Sequence record: NC_048016.1
Strand: one strand, 5' to 3'
DNA length: 64,000 nt
Every line of letters starts with the position of its first letter. Position 1 is the stretch's first letter. Positions 33,699-43,540 of this stretch are shown piece after piece. The translations under genes and the position numbers were made by a program. A model generated the notes under the pieces. The model was not told where the DNA came from, made no database searches, and saw nothing but the letters and a program-made list of their open reading frames with translations.

Positions 33699-35396
33699 AT
33701 GCGCTATACGATTCACATTACCCACACGAGCATGGGTATACGTGTGGAGGTGCCTGTCCGCCAGATGGAAGTGGCGATACTGGACTGGGCACAGGCGAAT
33801 CTGCACGCCCCGAAGATGGGCAAAGACCATGGAAGGATAGTGACGGAGAAAGGGGATGGCTTTTATGTCCACATGCCAACCATCCACACCTTTATCTTTC
33901 ACAAAACATTCTTGAATCGCATTCAGTCCATCCTCAATCACGTGGGTGTAGAGTATAAGGTTGACTACGAAATCCGGGAACATCATTACCCCCGCGCAGA
34001 ACCGTATCGGTGTGAATTCGCCAACTACGGTTTTGAGATGGTGGTAACGGATGAGACCTCACGTTTCTTTTACCAGAACGAAGTGGTGGAGACAGCCTGT
34101 TCAGACGGGCAGGAACAAACCATCTTCGCGATACAGACCGGAAGGGGCAAGACCAAAACCTTCCAGAAAGTCATGGTGAGAAAAGGTGTCAGGACAGCGT
34201 TGATACACCGAGCCTCTTACGTTGATAAGTGGAAGTTTGACTGTAGCGAAGACCCCACCGGTCTGCAAGAGCCCGCAGAAGGCGTGCACGTTTGTAAAGG
34301 AGTTGAAGGGATATACGAAGCCTACCAGATGGGCCTCAACGGGGAACTGGATGCGAAGGGGATAAAGATAATCATCTTCTCAACCACCTCACTCATGATG
34401 TTCTTGAAAGAGTACATCAATACCGCCCACTCCAACGCCGTGTGCTTAGAGAAGTTCTACGACGTGATGGGTGTCGGGCTGGTTGGGTGTGATGAGGTGC
34501 ACGAACATTTCTATCTGGTGTATCTGGCCGGGATCATGCTGAACCCGCCGGCAACCGTCGAGATGTCCGCAACCTTAACCCCGGGTGCCAGCAAGCAGTT
34601 TATTGGTGAACGCTACTTAGAGCGCTTCCCGATGAATTGTCGTGTGTCGGTGCCGTTTATCCCGGTTGTTGATGTGCGTGCTTTGTACTACAGCATCGAG
34701 AACAAGAAGCTTGTGACATACGGATCGAAGATGACCCCGTATAACCACAAGATGCTTGAGAAGGCGTTTGTTAAGTATAATGCACACGAGTCGTTCGCCG
34801 AGATGGTGTGGGACTTGATGGTTAAAACCTACCTCAAGAACTATGAGGTGGGTCAGAAGGCACTGGTGTTCTTTGCCACTGTTGACATGTGTGCGTTCTT
34901 TACTGAATTCTTGCAACGTAAGCTCGCGGCAACCGAGTGGGACTACTTGCAGGTGTTCAAGTATAATGCGGGGGATTCGTATGATGACTTCATCGCAGCC
35001 GATATCGGAGTGTCGACGCCGGGTAAAGCCGGTACCGCTATCGATATCCCGGGATTAATGCACGCGTACGTGACTATCCCAATTGATGACCAGCAGCTCA
35101 ACGAGCAGATTGCCGGTCGTCCACGCGCAACAACACGCTGGCCGATTGACCCGCGTGTCTGGTTCCTGCACTGCAATGATATCCCTAAACACGGGACGTA
35201 CCTGAGCTCACGCAAGAAGTCGTTGGGTGAGAAAGTCAAGTCGTTCCAAATCGCATTTTCGCCCTACGTTATCAGGAGCAGCAATGCTAGTACCTCCTAC
35301 TCCTTCGCTTCCCAAACCCCCGTACGCCGGATTGAACTTAGCAAGTTTTCTCCAAAACGTTCTAAGGGCGTATCCCGGCGCAGAAGACGTCGCTAA
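33699..35396 (+). CDS. SF2 (DEAH-type) helicase
   Basis: Walker A QTGRGKT, DEVH, SAT, STPGKAGTAIDIP and QIAGRPR. Confidence 0.92.
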   Translation: MRYTIHITHTSMGIRVEVPVRQMEVAILDWAQANLHAPKMGKDHGRIVTEKGDGFYVHMPTIHTFIFHKTFLNRIQSILNHVGVEYKVDYEIREHHYPRAEPYRCEFANYGFEMVVTDETSRFFYQNEVVETACSDGQEQTIFAIQTGRGKTKTFQKVMVRKGVRTALIHRASYVDKWKFDCSEDPTGLQEPAEGVHVCKGVEGIYEAYQMGLNGELDAKGIKIIIFSTTSLMMFLKEYINTAHSNAVCLEKFYDVMGVGLVGCDEVHEHFYLVYLAGIMLNPPATVEMSATLTPGASKQFIGERYLERFPMNCRVSVPFIPVVDVRALYYSIENKKLVTYGSKMTPYNHKMLEKAFVKYNAHESFAEMVWDLMVKTYLKNYEVGQKALVFFATVDMCAFFTEFLQRKLAATEWDYLQVFKYNAGDSYDDFIAADIGVSTPGKAGTAIDIPGLMHAYVTIPIDDQQLNEQIAGRPRATTRWPIDPRVWFLHCNDIPKHGTYLSSRKKSLGEKVKSFQIAFSPYVIRSSNASTSYSFASQTPVRRIELSKFSPKRSKGVSRRRRRR

Positions 35397-35664
35397 AGCA
35401 TTATGCACCGATCCGGTGATTGGCCCGGCGTTTCATTACTACATGGTGATGGAACACAAAGCCGGGCTGATGATTCAGCAACGGGGCAAGACGTACTACG
35501 TAACGCGCCAGTCCTCCATTCGGGGGACGGCGTCTTACGAGCTGTATAGCTTTGTGATGTACCGTAACGATCCATCAGGTAATGTGGATCAGAACCCAAA
35601 GGTGGCCTATCGTTTGTACGACAACGAATGGAACACGTGGGTAACGGTACCGCACGATATTTAA
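35284..35664 (+). CDS. Hypothetical protein overlapping the helicase 3' end
   Basis: AGGAG RBS before ATG 35284; alternative start at 35443. Confidence 0.55.
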   Translation: MLVPPTPSLPKPPYAGLNLASFLQNVLRAYPGAEDVAKALCTDPVIGPAFHYYMVMEHKAGLMIQQRGKTYYVTRQSSIRGTASYELYSFVMYRNDPSGNVDQNPKVAYRLYDNEWNTWVTVPHDI

Positions 35665-35723
35665 TAAAAACGTTACGGGTATATGGTGTGTAAACCACAC
35701 AACCCCTCGGTAAGGAATTAACA

Positions 35724-36326
35724 ATGTCACAGCGCAAAAAGAAACCCGCTTATAATCCACGTAAACTTGCACGTGAGCGTTTAGAGAAGCTGATGGCGAG
35801 CATCTTCTACGTTCAGGATATGTTCACCGCCGAGTCGGGTAAAATCGCAAAACGTTTGGATATGGACTTAGCCGAAATCACCGGCACCACCGAACTGGAT
35901 GCGTATAAGCGTGAACAGACTGAGCGTTCGAAAGCCGCCTACATCGGCCTTATCAGTCAGGTCAGTAAAGACCTGTCAGCCGTCATCGTCGCTGCCGACA
36001 ATGCTGCGGGTCAGGTTGTTGCTGACTTGAAAGTGCGTCCGTGGAAAGAGATGAAGGATGCGGCGTTTATCGCTGAATTGGCATTGGAGCACCACTCCAC
36101 GGAAGCTGCAATCGCCGGTCAGAAATACACCGGTCTGATTCTGGAAATCATGCAGGACTACTTCCGCAACATCGAATTCGTCTGCCGTGAAGTCAAAGCG
36201 GGCCGTTCGGTTGAAGATGCGAAGAAGACCCTGACTGAAAATATCGCGAAAGAAGCAGAAGTTGCTGCGGCAGCCGCTGCTGAAGTTGCGTCTGCTGAAA
36301 AGGAAACTGTCGATGTCGCAGAATGA
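35724..36326 (+). CDS. Conserved hypothetical protein (200 aa)
   Basis: TAAGGA RBS; TATG late-type motif upstream. Confidence 0.85.
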   Translation: MSQRKKKPAYNPRKLARERLEKLMASIFYVQDMFTAESGKIAKRLDMDLAEITGTTELDAYKREQTERSKAAYIGLISQVSKDLSAVIVAADNAAGQVVADLKVRPWKEMKDAAFIAELALEHHSTEAAIAGQKYTGLILEIMQDYFRNIEFVCREVKAGRSVEDAKKTLTENIAKEAEVAAAAAAEVASAEKETVDVAE

Positions 36327-38331
36327 AGGGCGTCCGGGCTCCGGTCGCGTTGCGCCGTCAGAGAGCAATGATACTGCTCAACTGATGGCCATCATGGAAG
36401 CTAACCCGTCTCTGGGCATTGCTCAGGCCCGGGTGTTGCTTGACGAACAACGTGGGCTCGCTAAGCTGGAAGAGCAAGAGAACGCTCAGCCAGTAGTCGC
36501 CCCTCCTCAACCTACTGTGCGTGAAGATATCGCTCCGGCAAACATCACACACCAACACGTTCACGTGGAGCCGCCTGAACCACTGCAAGCTGCTCCGCTG
36601 GACGTGAAGCCGCAGGAACAAGCGGTGCAGCCGCTTCATCCCCCTATTCGCTCTACAGCGTTTATGGATGCGGCGGTGGCCGCCGCTGCGCCTGCTGCCC
36701 CTTCTTTTTTGCCTCCGGAAGAGCCACAGCCTGCCCCTGAGCCGTTGACTGCCCAACCGGTAGCCCAACCTGCTCAGACCGCAGAGCCACTCTTGCCAGA
36801 GCAGGAAGAAGAACGTGTGCCGGATTATCAAAAAGCGGGTAAGCCGACCATCCGTCTGGGCAAGTCACTGGCCACCAGTGAAATCAACGCTATCGATTCT
36901 GAAGACCAAGAACTCCTGCTACTCGGCATGGGTGATCTGGTGGGGCCGATGCAATCCCTGCCGGAAATGCAAAAGCACGTGAATCAGTTCTTCTCAAGTT
37001 TGGAACGTGACCCGCGCACCAATGCGCCACTGTTCCGTTCTGAGGAAGAAGAAAGCACGTTCTCACGCCTGCAAGCGGCACTGGCAAATACCCCGCCGAC
37101 TGCCCCGGGTACGCGTAGCGCCAGCTTCGACATGGCAATGGGTCGTGAAGACACGGTGTGGAACCAAGGCATTCAGCCTGACGGTCAACCGTACCGTGGT
37201 GTGGTCAGTGTGAACACCGGCGGTAAAGGTGCTATCGCTGCACTGCGCCGTAAACGTAAGTCAGGTTCGCCGTCTACGGTCTTCCTGCCTGCGTCCGGTT
37301 TCTGCATTAGCTTCCGTGCCCCACACGAACGTGACTTCTGTGACTTCGATATTCGCATGGCGCTGGAAACCGCGAAAGTGGGCATGAGTTCCTACGGGTT
37401 GCTGATGTCTGCCTCGTCCGGTATCTACGTGCGTAACATCGTTGAGTTCTGTCTGCTGTTTGTTGAAGGCTGTTCACTGGAACTCGGCGGGGATGACCTG
37501 AAGACCACCCTTATCGATCGTATCGATAAAGATGACTACTGGTTCATTATCGTCGGCATGTTGGCGGCGAAATTCCCATCGGGTATTCCGTGGGGCTTAA
37601 GCTGCCTGAACCCGGCGTGTGACCACGTGCAGGAAGGGCGTCTGAATCTGGCCCGTGCGATTCGCATGGGAACCAGCTTACTGGCTGATGAGCAGCGCCA
37701 GCTGTATTACCGTCAGCGCAGTGAAGATGCCTCTGAAAACACCATCACGTACGAAGAGCAAACGCAGTACCGCCAGCAGCACAAGTCGGTGGCCGCGTCT
37801 ATCTTTGAGAAAGACGGTGTGACGATTGAGTTCGGTCGTTCTTCGCTGGGTGACTTCTTTGATGTTACCGAAGAGTGGGCGGATGAAATCAACGAAACCA
37901 CTACGCGGGCGTTGACTGACTATGCCACCGAAAAAGACCGTGAGACCCATCTGCGTGTGAACGCGGAGTCTCGTCGTCTGACGCGTTACCTGCACATGGT
38001 GAAATCCATTTCGATTGATGAAGGCGAAGGTCGGGTGTCGAAAGCCACCAACCGGGCTGAAATCAAAACCATGCTGGCAGAGATGTCGTCTGACCGTCTG
38101 TACGTGACCGAGTTCGAAGCGGCGGTAACGAAGTTCACCGAGATGTCTCGCTTGGCGGTGTTTGGCTACATGGGCAAGAAGTGTCCACAGTGCCAGCATT
38201 CGCAGGGTGAGGCCGACGGTGACTTCCGCGGTATCGTGACCATCTCACCGGACAGGGTTTTTTTCGCGCTATCTCGTGCGGTGTCCGCAATGCAGAGGCT
38301 TTGGCTCAGTCAATACGCCGATATTGGCTAG
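36313..38331 (+). CDS. Putative tail/baseplate assembly chaperone (T4 gp26-like C-terminal domain; phiKZ gp77 position)
   Basis: Pro/Gln-rich N-terminus, then ISFRAP...D...I...LSCLNPAC...LNL and CPQC patterns. Confidence 0.6.
   Translation: MSQNEGRPGSGRVAPSESNDTAQLMAIMEANPSLGIAQARVLLDEQRGLAKLEEQENAQPVVAPPQPTVREDIAPANITHQHVHVEPPEPLQAAPLDVKPQEQAVQPLHPPIRSTAFMDAAVAAAAPAAPSFLPPEEPQPAPEPLTAQPVAQPAQTAEPLLPEQEEERVPDYQKAGKPTIRLGKSLATSEINAIDSEDQELLLLGMGDLVGPMQSLPEMQKHVNQFFSSLERDPRTNAPLFRSEEEESTFSRLQAALANTPPTAPGTRSASFDMAMGREDTVWNQGIQPDGQPYRGVVSVNTGGKGAIAALRRKRKSGSPSTVFLPASGFCISFRAPHERDFCDFDIRMALETAKVGMSSYGLLMSASSGIYVRNIVEFCLLFVEGCSLELGGDDLKTTLIDRIDKDDYWFIIVGMLAAKFPSGIPWGLSCLNPACDHVQEGRLNLARAIRMGTSLLADEQRQLYYRQRSEDASENTITYEEQTQYRQQHKSVAASIFEKDGVTIEFGRSSLGDFFDVTEEWADEINETTTRALTDYATEKDRETHLRVNAESRRLTRYLHMVKSISIDEGEGRVSKATNRAEIKTMLAEMSSDRLYVTEFEAAVTKFTEMSRLAVFGYMGKKCPQCQHSQGEADGDFRGIVTISPDRVFFALSRAVSAMQRLWLSQYADIG
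38259..38265 (+). other. Candidate -1 programmed frameshift site T TTT TTC
   Basis: In-frame slippery heptamer. The -1 frame is open into ORF 38301-38744, which lacks a good start. Confidence 0.6.
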
Positions 38332-38744
38332 ACAGCGAGCACGTTTCAACCGAGACCATCATCACGACCTTAAAGCTTGATGCCACGTCACTCTTTAAAA
38401 GTCGTAAAGGCAAACCCATCACGTATCAGGAAGCACACGACACGTTGTTGGGGGCGTTCGACGATGCCATTGAACATGACACCGGGCCAAACTCGGTGTT
38501 CTTCTCTGACTTCGACGACCCGCTGACCGGTTCTCTGTTGGACATCTGGTTGGACACGTACATCCGTGAGCGAATCGGTGAACGGTTCAACCTGTCGTTT
38601 GATGAATTCCTTGACCGTCCCCGTTATGAAATCATGCGCATGATAAGTGTCGTTGGGCGTTATAACGCGGTGGTCAATCGGGAAATCAACAAAGCAGGGA
38701 AAGATGTTGACTCGTTGGAACAACAGTTGCACGGGAAAACGTAG
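38301..38744 (+). CDS. Probable frameshift-extension domain (gpT-like) of the chaperone
   Basis: TTG start with an RBS only 2 nt away; no early Met; FNLSFDEFLDRPRYEI resembles gpT/GpE' motifs. Confidence 0.6.
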   Translation: MAQSIRRYWLDSEHVSTETIITTLKLDATSLFKSRKGKPITYQEAHDTLLGAFDDAIEHDTGPNSVFFSDFDDPLTGSLLDIWLDTYIRERIGERFNLSFDEFLDRPRYEIMRMISVVGRYNAVVNREINKAGKDVDSLEQQLHGKT

Positions 38745-38750
38745 CATCGT

Positions 38751-38777
38751 GGGGGCTTCGGCCCCCTTTCTTTTTTT
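38751..38777 (+). terminator. Intrinsic terminator
   Basis: GGGGGC-TTCG-GCCCCC plus a T run. Confidence 0.85.
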
Positions 38778-38816
38778 GTCAGGGCGATGTTATGAACCCT
38801 TTGAAGGACACACACC

Positions 38817-39662
38817 ATGAATATCTACGACGATGTCGCTGACCAGCTCATCGCCCATCGGCATGAGACCCGCGCCGCGGCAATGTTAGACCTGACCACT
38901 ATCTTGATTGACAACGGCTATGAGCCGGCGTTGACTGAGATTTACCATCAGCCGATTCCTGACCCTAACGAAGAAACCGTTCGTTACGAAGAGATTATCA
39001 TTCGCTGTGCTAAAAACTTTGGGTCGAAATGCGGCATCGCGTTTAACCCACAGGTAGCATGGCACAAACCCAAAGAGACGGGGTTGATTCTCCATGGTCT
39101 CTTGGAAGGCTTTGAGGCCAACGAAGATGTGGACACCCTGTACGGTATCGTGCTCTCGGGTGAGCCGCCTATCTTTGTACTGGAAAACCTGATTCGCTAC
39201 GTCTTCGGTGATGACAACCTGCATGTTGAGGATTTAATCATCAACGTCGAGAACCGGGTGATGACGGTACTTCAAAACTTCCTCTCTGCGGCGACCATTG
39301 AGAAGAACAATCTCAACACCAACGATCGCATGGCACACATCGCAGCCTACCTGCGCTACTACCCGCAGAACCCCAGTGCATGGGTCTTTATGAACCTGCC
39401 ACCGGAAGTCGAGGAGAAAGTCCTTATTCAGCAGCTTGACTTCGGGGAAGACAACGGGGTAAGTGCCCTGGAATTACTGGCCATCTACAGCGTGGGCTTG
39501 TGTGTTGCCCAGTGTGATGATTTTGACAGCGCTTACACGCAGCTGGAGAAGTCTTTTGAAGCATTGAATACAGATGGGTACCCTGCGACCCCAACGCTTC
39601 AGGAAGGCTTACAGGCGCTTAAAACCATATACGGGGTAACAGTGGAACATGAACAAGCTTGA
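38817..39662 (+). CDS. Conserved protein (phiKZ gp79 position, probably virion)
   Basis: 281 aa; TATG motif and AAGGA RBS upstream. Confidence 0.8.
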   Translation: MNIYDDVADQLIAHRHETRAAAMLDLTTILIDNGYEPALTEIYHQPIPDPNEETVRYEEIIIRCAKNFGSKCGIAFNPQVAWHKPKETGLILHGLLEGFEANEDVDTLYGIVLSGEPPIFVLENLIRYVFGDDNLHVEDLIINVENRVMTVLQNFLSAATIEKNNLNTNDRMAHIAAYLRYYPQNPSAWVFMNLPPEVEEKVLIQQLDFGEDNGVSALELLAIYSVGLCVAQCDDFDSAYTQLEKSFEALNTDGYPATPTLQEGLQALKTIYGVTVEHEQA

Positions 39663-40953
39663 TTACCTGATTGCCGCCTGTAAAAGTGGGGCGTGGCGCA
39701 GACTGGTCTGGCGGTTGAGTATCTTCAACGTCTGCCAGTTTCCGGCCAATGAAGTACCCGAGCAGTATGACCTGAATTACATCGACGGCTACCCGCATTA
39801 CTGGGAAGCGGCGGATGAAGACAGCCCGGGCGAGTGGATTAAAATCGAGGGAGCGGATAAGGACAAGGAGTTGTTCTACGCAGAAGACCGCTTCACCCTG
39901 ATACCTGACCACTATCCGGGTTTCGAAGGGAAAGTTGAGACGGGTGTGGGACGCTACGTCTTTAACTGGATTGTCATCTATTACGCCTTTGGGACACGCA
40001 TGCCGTATCTGGCTGATGCGCCGACGGCAATGGTTTACCAGTCAGAGATTTACAAACGCTGTCTGGACACCGAAGATGAAGACCCAGAGAACGAAGAGGC
40101 GATTCGTCCGAGCATGGTTGGGAAGTTTATTCAGGGCTTGAGCGAGATTGCCCCGATGACCATTGCCATTGCCCCGACCGGTACGCTGCGTTCGCTCTCG
40201 GTTCACCCTGACACGTACAAAATGCGTGATGCGCTCCTGCTCAAGCACAAAGACGAGCTGGATAACCCGGCGGTTATCGTTGAGATTGAGAAGGCGCTGG
40301 ATGCACTGGATACCGAGTGGTTATCCGGTGACCAATCCATTCAGTTCTACGCCTCCAAGAAATCGCGTATGCGTCGCCGTAAACTGTTCCTGATGTACGG
40401 CATCGAAACCGCCTTTAAAGAAGGTGCGGACTTTACCCTGATTCCAACTTCCCTGATGGAAGTGGATAAAACGGGTATGGAGTATCTGGTTGACAAGTAC
40501 AACTCGACGCGTGAAGGCTCGTTCATGCGCGGTGCAGAAACCGCCAAAGGTGGTGAACAGGTACGTATCATCCAGATGATTTTCCAGAACCACCGTATCG
40601 TCGAAGGTGACTGCGGGACGAAGTTAACCCACGCGGTTCAAATCACACCGGCCAACCAATTCATGTACGTCGGCATGAACTCCGTGGAGAACGGCAAGTA
40701 CGTGCTCCTGAGTAAAGACGCACTGAAAGGCATGATCGGTAAAACTGTTCGTATTCGTCGACCTATTTTATGCCAACGGGGGCACGTGGACTGCTGCGCG
40801 GCTTGTGCGTCTCCTGACAAAGCAAAAGAAGAACGCGCGATTGCCGCCGATATTGCAACCGGGATGTCCAACATCATGTTGAACGCCATGGGTGCGATGC
40901 ACGGCCGTGAAACCGTCGTTGAAGAATACGATCCCCTAATCCACATTACGTAA
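39649..40953 (+). CDS. Virion RNA polymerase beta' subunit (phiKZ gp80-like)
   Basis: REGSFMRGAETAKGG (bridge-helix-like), IVEGDCGT, RRPILC...CCAAC zinc site, MGAMH. Confidence 0.85.
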   Translation: MNKLDYLIAACKSGAWRRLVWRLSIFNVCQFPANEVPEQYDLNYIDGYPHYWEAADEDSPGEWIKIEGADKDKELFYAEDRFTLIPDHYPGFEGKVETGVGRYVFNWIVIYYAFGTRMPYLADAPTAMVYQSEIYKRCLDTEDEDPENEEAIRPSMVGKFIQGLSEIAPMTIAIAPTGTLRSLSVHPDTYKMRDALLLKHKDELDNPAVIVEIEKALDALDTEWLSGDQSIQFYASKKSRMRRRKLFLMYGIETAFKEGADFTLIPTSLMEVDKTGMEYLVDKYNSTREGSFMRGAETAKGGEQVRIIQMIFQNHRIVEGDCGTKLTHAVQITPANQFMYVGMNSVENGKYVLLSKDALKGMIGKTVRIRRPILCQRGHVDCCAACASPDKAKEERAIAADIATGMSNIMLNAMGAMHGRETVVEEYDPLIHIT

Positions 40954-40963
40954 GGACTGAATC

Positions 40964-41485
40964 ATGGGTTCTGCTACCAACGATACCAATACCAACGCTG
41001 TACGCGTTGATACACCAAAGCGCGACAACGATGTTGTCTCCACTGCGGGTTATACGCAGGATGAAAAGTACGCAGTGAAGTTAATCACTGAGCTGTTGGA
41101 TGAAGCCGGCAAAGCCACTGCGCCGGGCAAACCAACCGGTACGCAGGAAGAGAAGCAAGCTATCGCCAAAGTGCAACAGGCGTGGCGTAAGCTGTGGGAA
41201 CTGCGCGGTGATGCGTTTATGGACGCCTTCGGTGTGTTTGTGACCTCGGCCACGAAATACAGCAAAGGTCTGTTCAGCCTGACCACCATTAACCGCTTTA
41301 TGGAAAGCTTCCCGGACCAGTCTGAGCGTGAAGTGTACCTTATCTTCATTAACAACGTGGCCCGGTTTGCGAAGTCCCAGAACAAAGCGGATTACGGTCA
41401 GCGTAACAACATCGACCGCCTGATTCGCCGTCTGGTGGATAATGACCTGAAGCAGTTGGTTGCCCACGCCTTCAACGTCATTTAA
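40964..41485 (+). CDS. Conserved hypothetical protein (173 aa)
   Basis: AAGGA RBS; terminator follows. Confidence 0.85.
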   Translation: MGSATNDTNTNAVRVDTPKRDNDVVSTAGYTQDEKYAVKLITELLDEAGKATAPGKPTGTQEEKQAIAKVQQAWRKLWELRGDAFMDAFGVFVTSATKYSKGLFSLTTINRFMESFPDQSEREVYLIFINNVARFAKSQNKADYGQRNNIDRLIRRLVDNDLKQLVAHAFNVI

Positions 41486-41495
41486 AAAGTAAAGG

Positions 41496-41530
41496 CCCTA
41501 CTACTCGAAGGAGTAGTAGGGTTTCTTTTA
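41496..41530. terminator. Bidirectional terminator
   Basis: CCCTACTACTC-GAAG-GAGTAGTAGGG. Confidence 0.85.
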
Positions 41531-41538
41531 TTTGCGGC

Positions 41539-41724
41539 TTAGTCGTCCGATGAGGAACGCTGCGGTAAGTTGGACTTCTTGGCTCGGGCCCGTCTCCTCC
41601 TCTTCCTCGCAGACCTCTCTTCGCGTCTCTTCTCGCACATGCGTGCTAGGTCGTGATGGGGTACGCCGCGCCAATTGCGGATTAATTGTCTGAGCCAAGC
41701 CCAGCGTGGTTTCAAAGATAGCAA
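41539..41724 (-). CDS. Small Arg/Lys-rich basic protein (61 aa)
   Basis: GGAGGAG 6 nt before TTG; ARKRRRRARAKK. Confidence 0.5.
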   Translation of the reverse strand: MLSLKPRWAWLRQLIRNWRGVPHHDLARMCEKRREERSARKRRRRARAKKSNLPQRSSSDD

Positions 41725-41740
41725 ACATATCTCCTCCCGA

Positions 41741-43513
41741 TTAATGGGTTGTGTGTTCAGCGTTGTCGGCCATGCGCTTCATAAAGGTTTCGAGTACAGT
41801 GTCTTTGTCCGGCAGCAAGAAGAAGTCCGTGGCAATCTCCATGGCATTGATACGTCCCGCAGTCAGGTTCACCCCGACACGACGACGCACCTCTTCGGTT
41901 ACCCCGTCAACGTAGATAAGCTCAATCAACGTTGTCTCACGCGATTGGTTTAACATATTCGTTGCCGATGGGTAGGCCTGCGTTAAGTCGGCATCCGCGG
42001 TTTGACCACGGAAGGCAGAATGGAAATCGCTAATCTCTGCCAGTATGTTACGCAAACCGTTCTCTTGGTTCATGTGTGCGGGCAGGGTAACAATCCATCC
42101 GTCGGTGCCGATAACCTCCTCATCCTTCTCGTTACGCATCTCCTTACCGGTTGCTCCGATGACCAGCCCTTGGTCGTACAGGTAAAAGGTGTAGGCATTA
42201 CAGATACGTTTGGGTAGGGAAGGGAAGATATCGAACATCGACACACCGGCCAGCACCGAGAACGCCGAGGCCAAGTCTTTGGTCTTGTGGTCCAACAGGA
42301 TAATCAACAGGTTATCCATGATGTTGTAGACCGCATACTCCGCCGGGAAGTCTCGCTGGGCTTTATCGTGCCAGCTCAGTTTGTCTTCGTAGTCCAGACC
42401 CGGAATGCTTAACTTGCCGACACCGATTTCGGTTTCCAGAATCGAACTGAGTTTGTAGTTCGGACGGTTACCTTCGTGCGTACGGATTTTCTTAAACAAG
42501 CACATGGCATCAACACAATAGAACGACGCCATGCAGTACATCACATGCCACTGGTCAGCTGGGGATTTGGTCAGTGACTTAGACTCGGTCTTTTTGTTGG
42601 CTTGGTCTTCTTTAAACCAGCAACGGCGATACTTAACCGGGACATCAGGATGGCAGTAAACATCCTCAGCAGGAATACCCTCAGCCGCCAACTGATTAAC
42701 GATGCAGTTGTGGTCGAACTGGTGGTTCCATGCCACAACCAAGTCCGGCAGACGTTCGTGAATTTTCTGGAACATCGAGACGATACACGCCCCCGGTGTC
42801 GCACAGGTGTAAACAAAGAGTTGGTAATCGCCGAGCACATCTCTCTCGACCCACTTCTCTTCCCCGGTGGCTTTGTCCTTTTCCAAGAACGGCACCCGGG
42901 TTAAGAGCTCTTTGGCTTTCTTGGCAATAATCTGGTCGGCGTCTTTACCGATGCGATCCATATACGGCTTGTCACCAAAGAAGTGAATCTCATCATCCAG
43001 CACAAAGCTCATGATGTTCGGTTCACGGTCACGTCCTTCCCGCACGTTGGTTTCCACGTCGATAACGCAGATGCGGTTTTCAGAAACGAACTGTGACCAC
43101 TTCTTGAGGTACTGGTTCTTGATATACGTGGGCAGGGTTAAGTCCGCCCAATAAACAAACGGGCTGCTGCACACCTGACGCAGGCTTTTCTTTTTGTCAA
43201 CGAAACGATAACCCAGACCGAGTTGAATGGTCGCTGCCATGTTCACATCGGTGGTCATGAGTTCCTGACACTTGCCGCGCTCTTCGTACTCTTTCTTTTC
43301 TTGGTGATTCCGGTGTTGTGGCAGAGTAATGTAGATGGGGCGTTTAACGTTCTCTGCAATGCGGATAGCCGGTATCTGCCGACCATCATTAGTATGGATG
43401 ACCTCTTTCACGAGGACACAGTCATTCTCTTTTTCTTCGTCTGTGGCGTACGTAATGTTTTTACATTCGCGTCCCGCGATATCAGAGGGACTGTAATACT
43501 GATTCTGTTCCAT
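41741..43513 (-). CDS. Family B DNA polymerase N-terminal subunit: 3'-5' exonuclease plus motif A (phiKZ gp82-like)
   Basis: ExoI IDVET, ExoII AWNHQFD, ExoIII YNIMD, motif A DADLTQAYPS..N.SRET. Confidence 0.88.
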   Translation of the reverse strand: MEQNQYYSPSDIAGRECKNITYATDEEKENDCVLVKEVIHTNDGRQIPAIRIAENVKRPIYITLPQHRNHQEKKEYEERGKCQELMTTDVNMAATIQLGLGYRFVDKKKSLRQVCSSPFVYWADLTLPTYIKNQYLKKWSQFVSENRICVIDVETNVREGRDREPNIMSFVLDDEIHFFGDKPYMDRIGKDADQIIAKKAKELLTRVPFLEKDKATGEEKWVERDVLGDYQLFVYTCATPGACIVSMFQKIHERLPDLVVAWNHQFDHNCIVNQLAAEGIPAEDVYCHPDVPVKYRRCWFKEDQANKKTESKSLTKSPADQWHVMYCMASFYCVDAMCLFKKIRTHEGNRPNYKLSSILETEIGVGKLSIPGLDYEDKLSWHDKAQRDFPAEYAVYNIMDNLLIILLDHKTKDLASAFSVLAGVSMFDIFPSLPKRICNAYTFYLYDQGLVIGATGKEMRNEKDEEVIGTDGWIVTLPAHMNQENGLRNILAEISDFHSAFRGQTADADLTQAYPSATNMLNQSRETTLIELIYVDGVTEEVRRRVGVNLTAGRINAMEIATDFFLLPDKDTVLETFMKRMADNAEHTTH

Positions 43514-43540
43514 GGGTGTCTCTCAAGCTATATAGGGCTT

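Noticed and set aside
36450-36830. Pro/Gln/Ala-rich stretch as a tandem repeat
   Set aside because: Low-complexity linker without a regular repeat unit.
41528-41728. 66-aa ATG ORF as the primary gene
   Set aside because: RBS spacing is only 2 nt, so the TTG frame is preferred; kept only as a dual-coding possibility.
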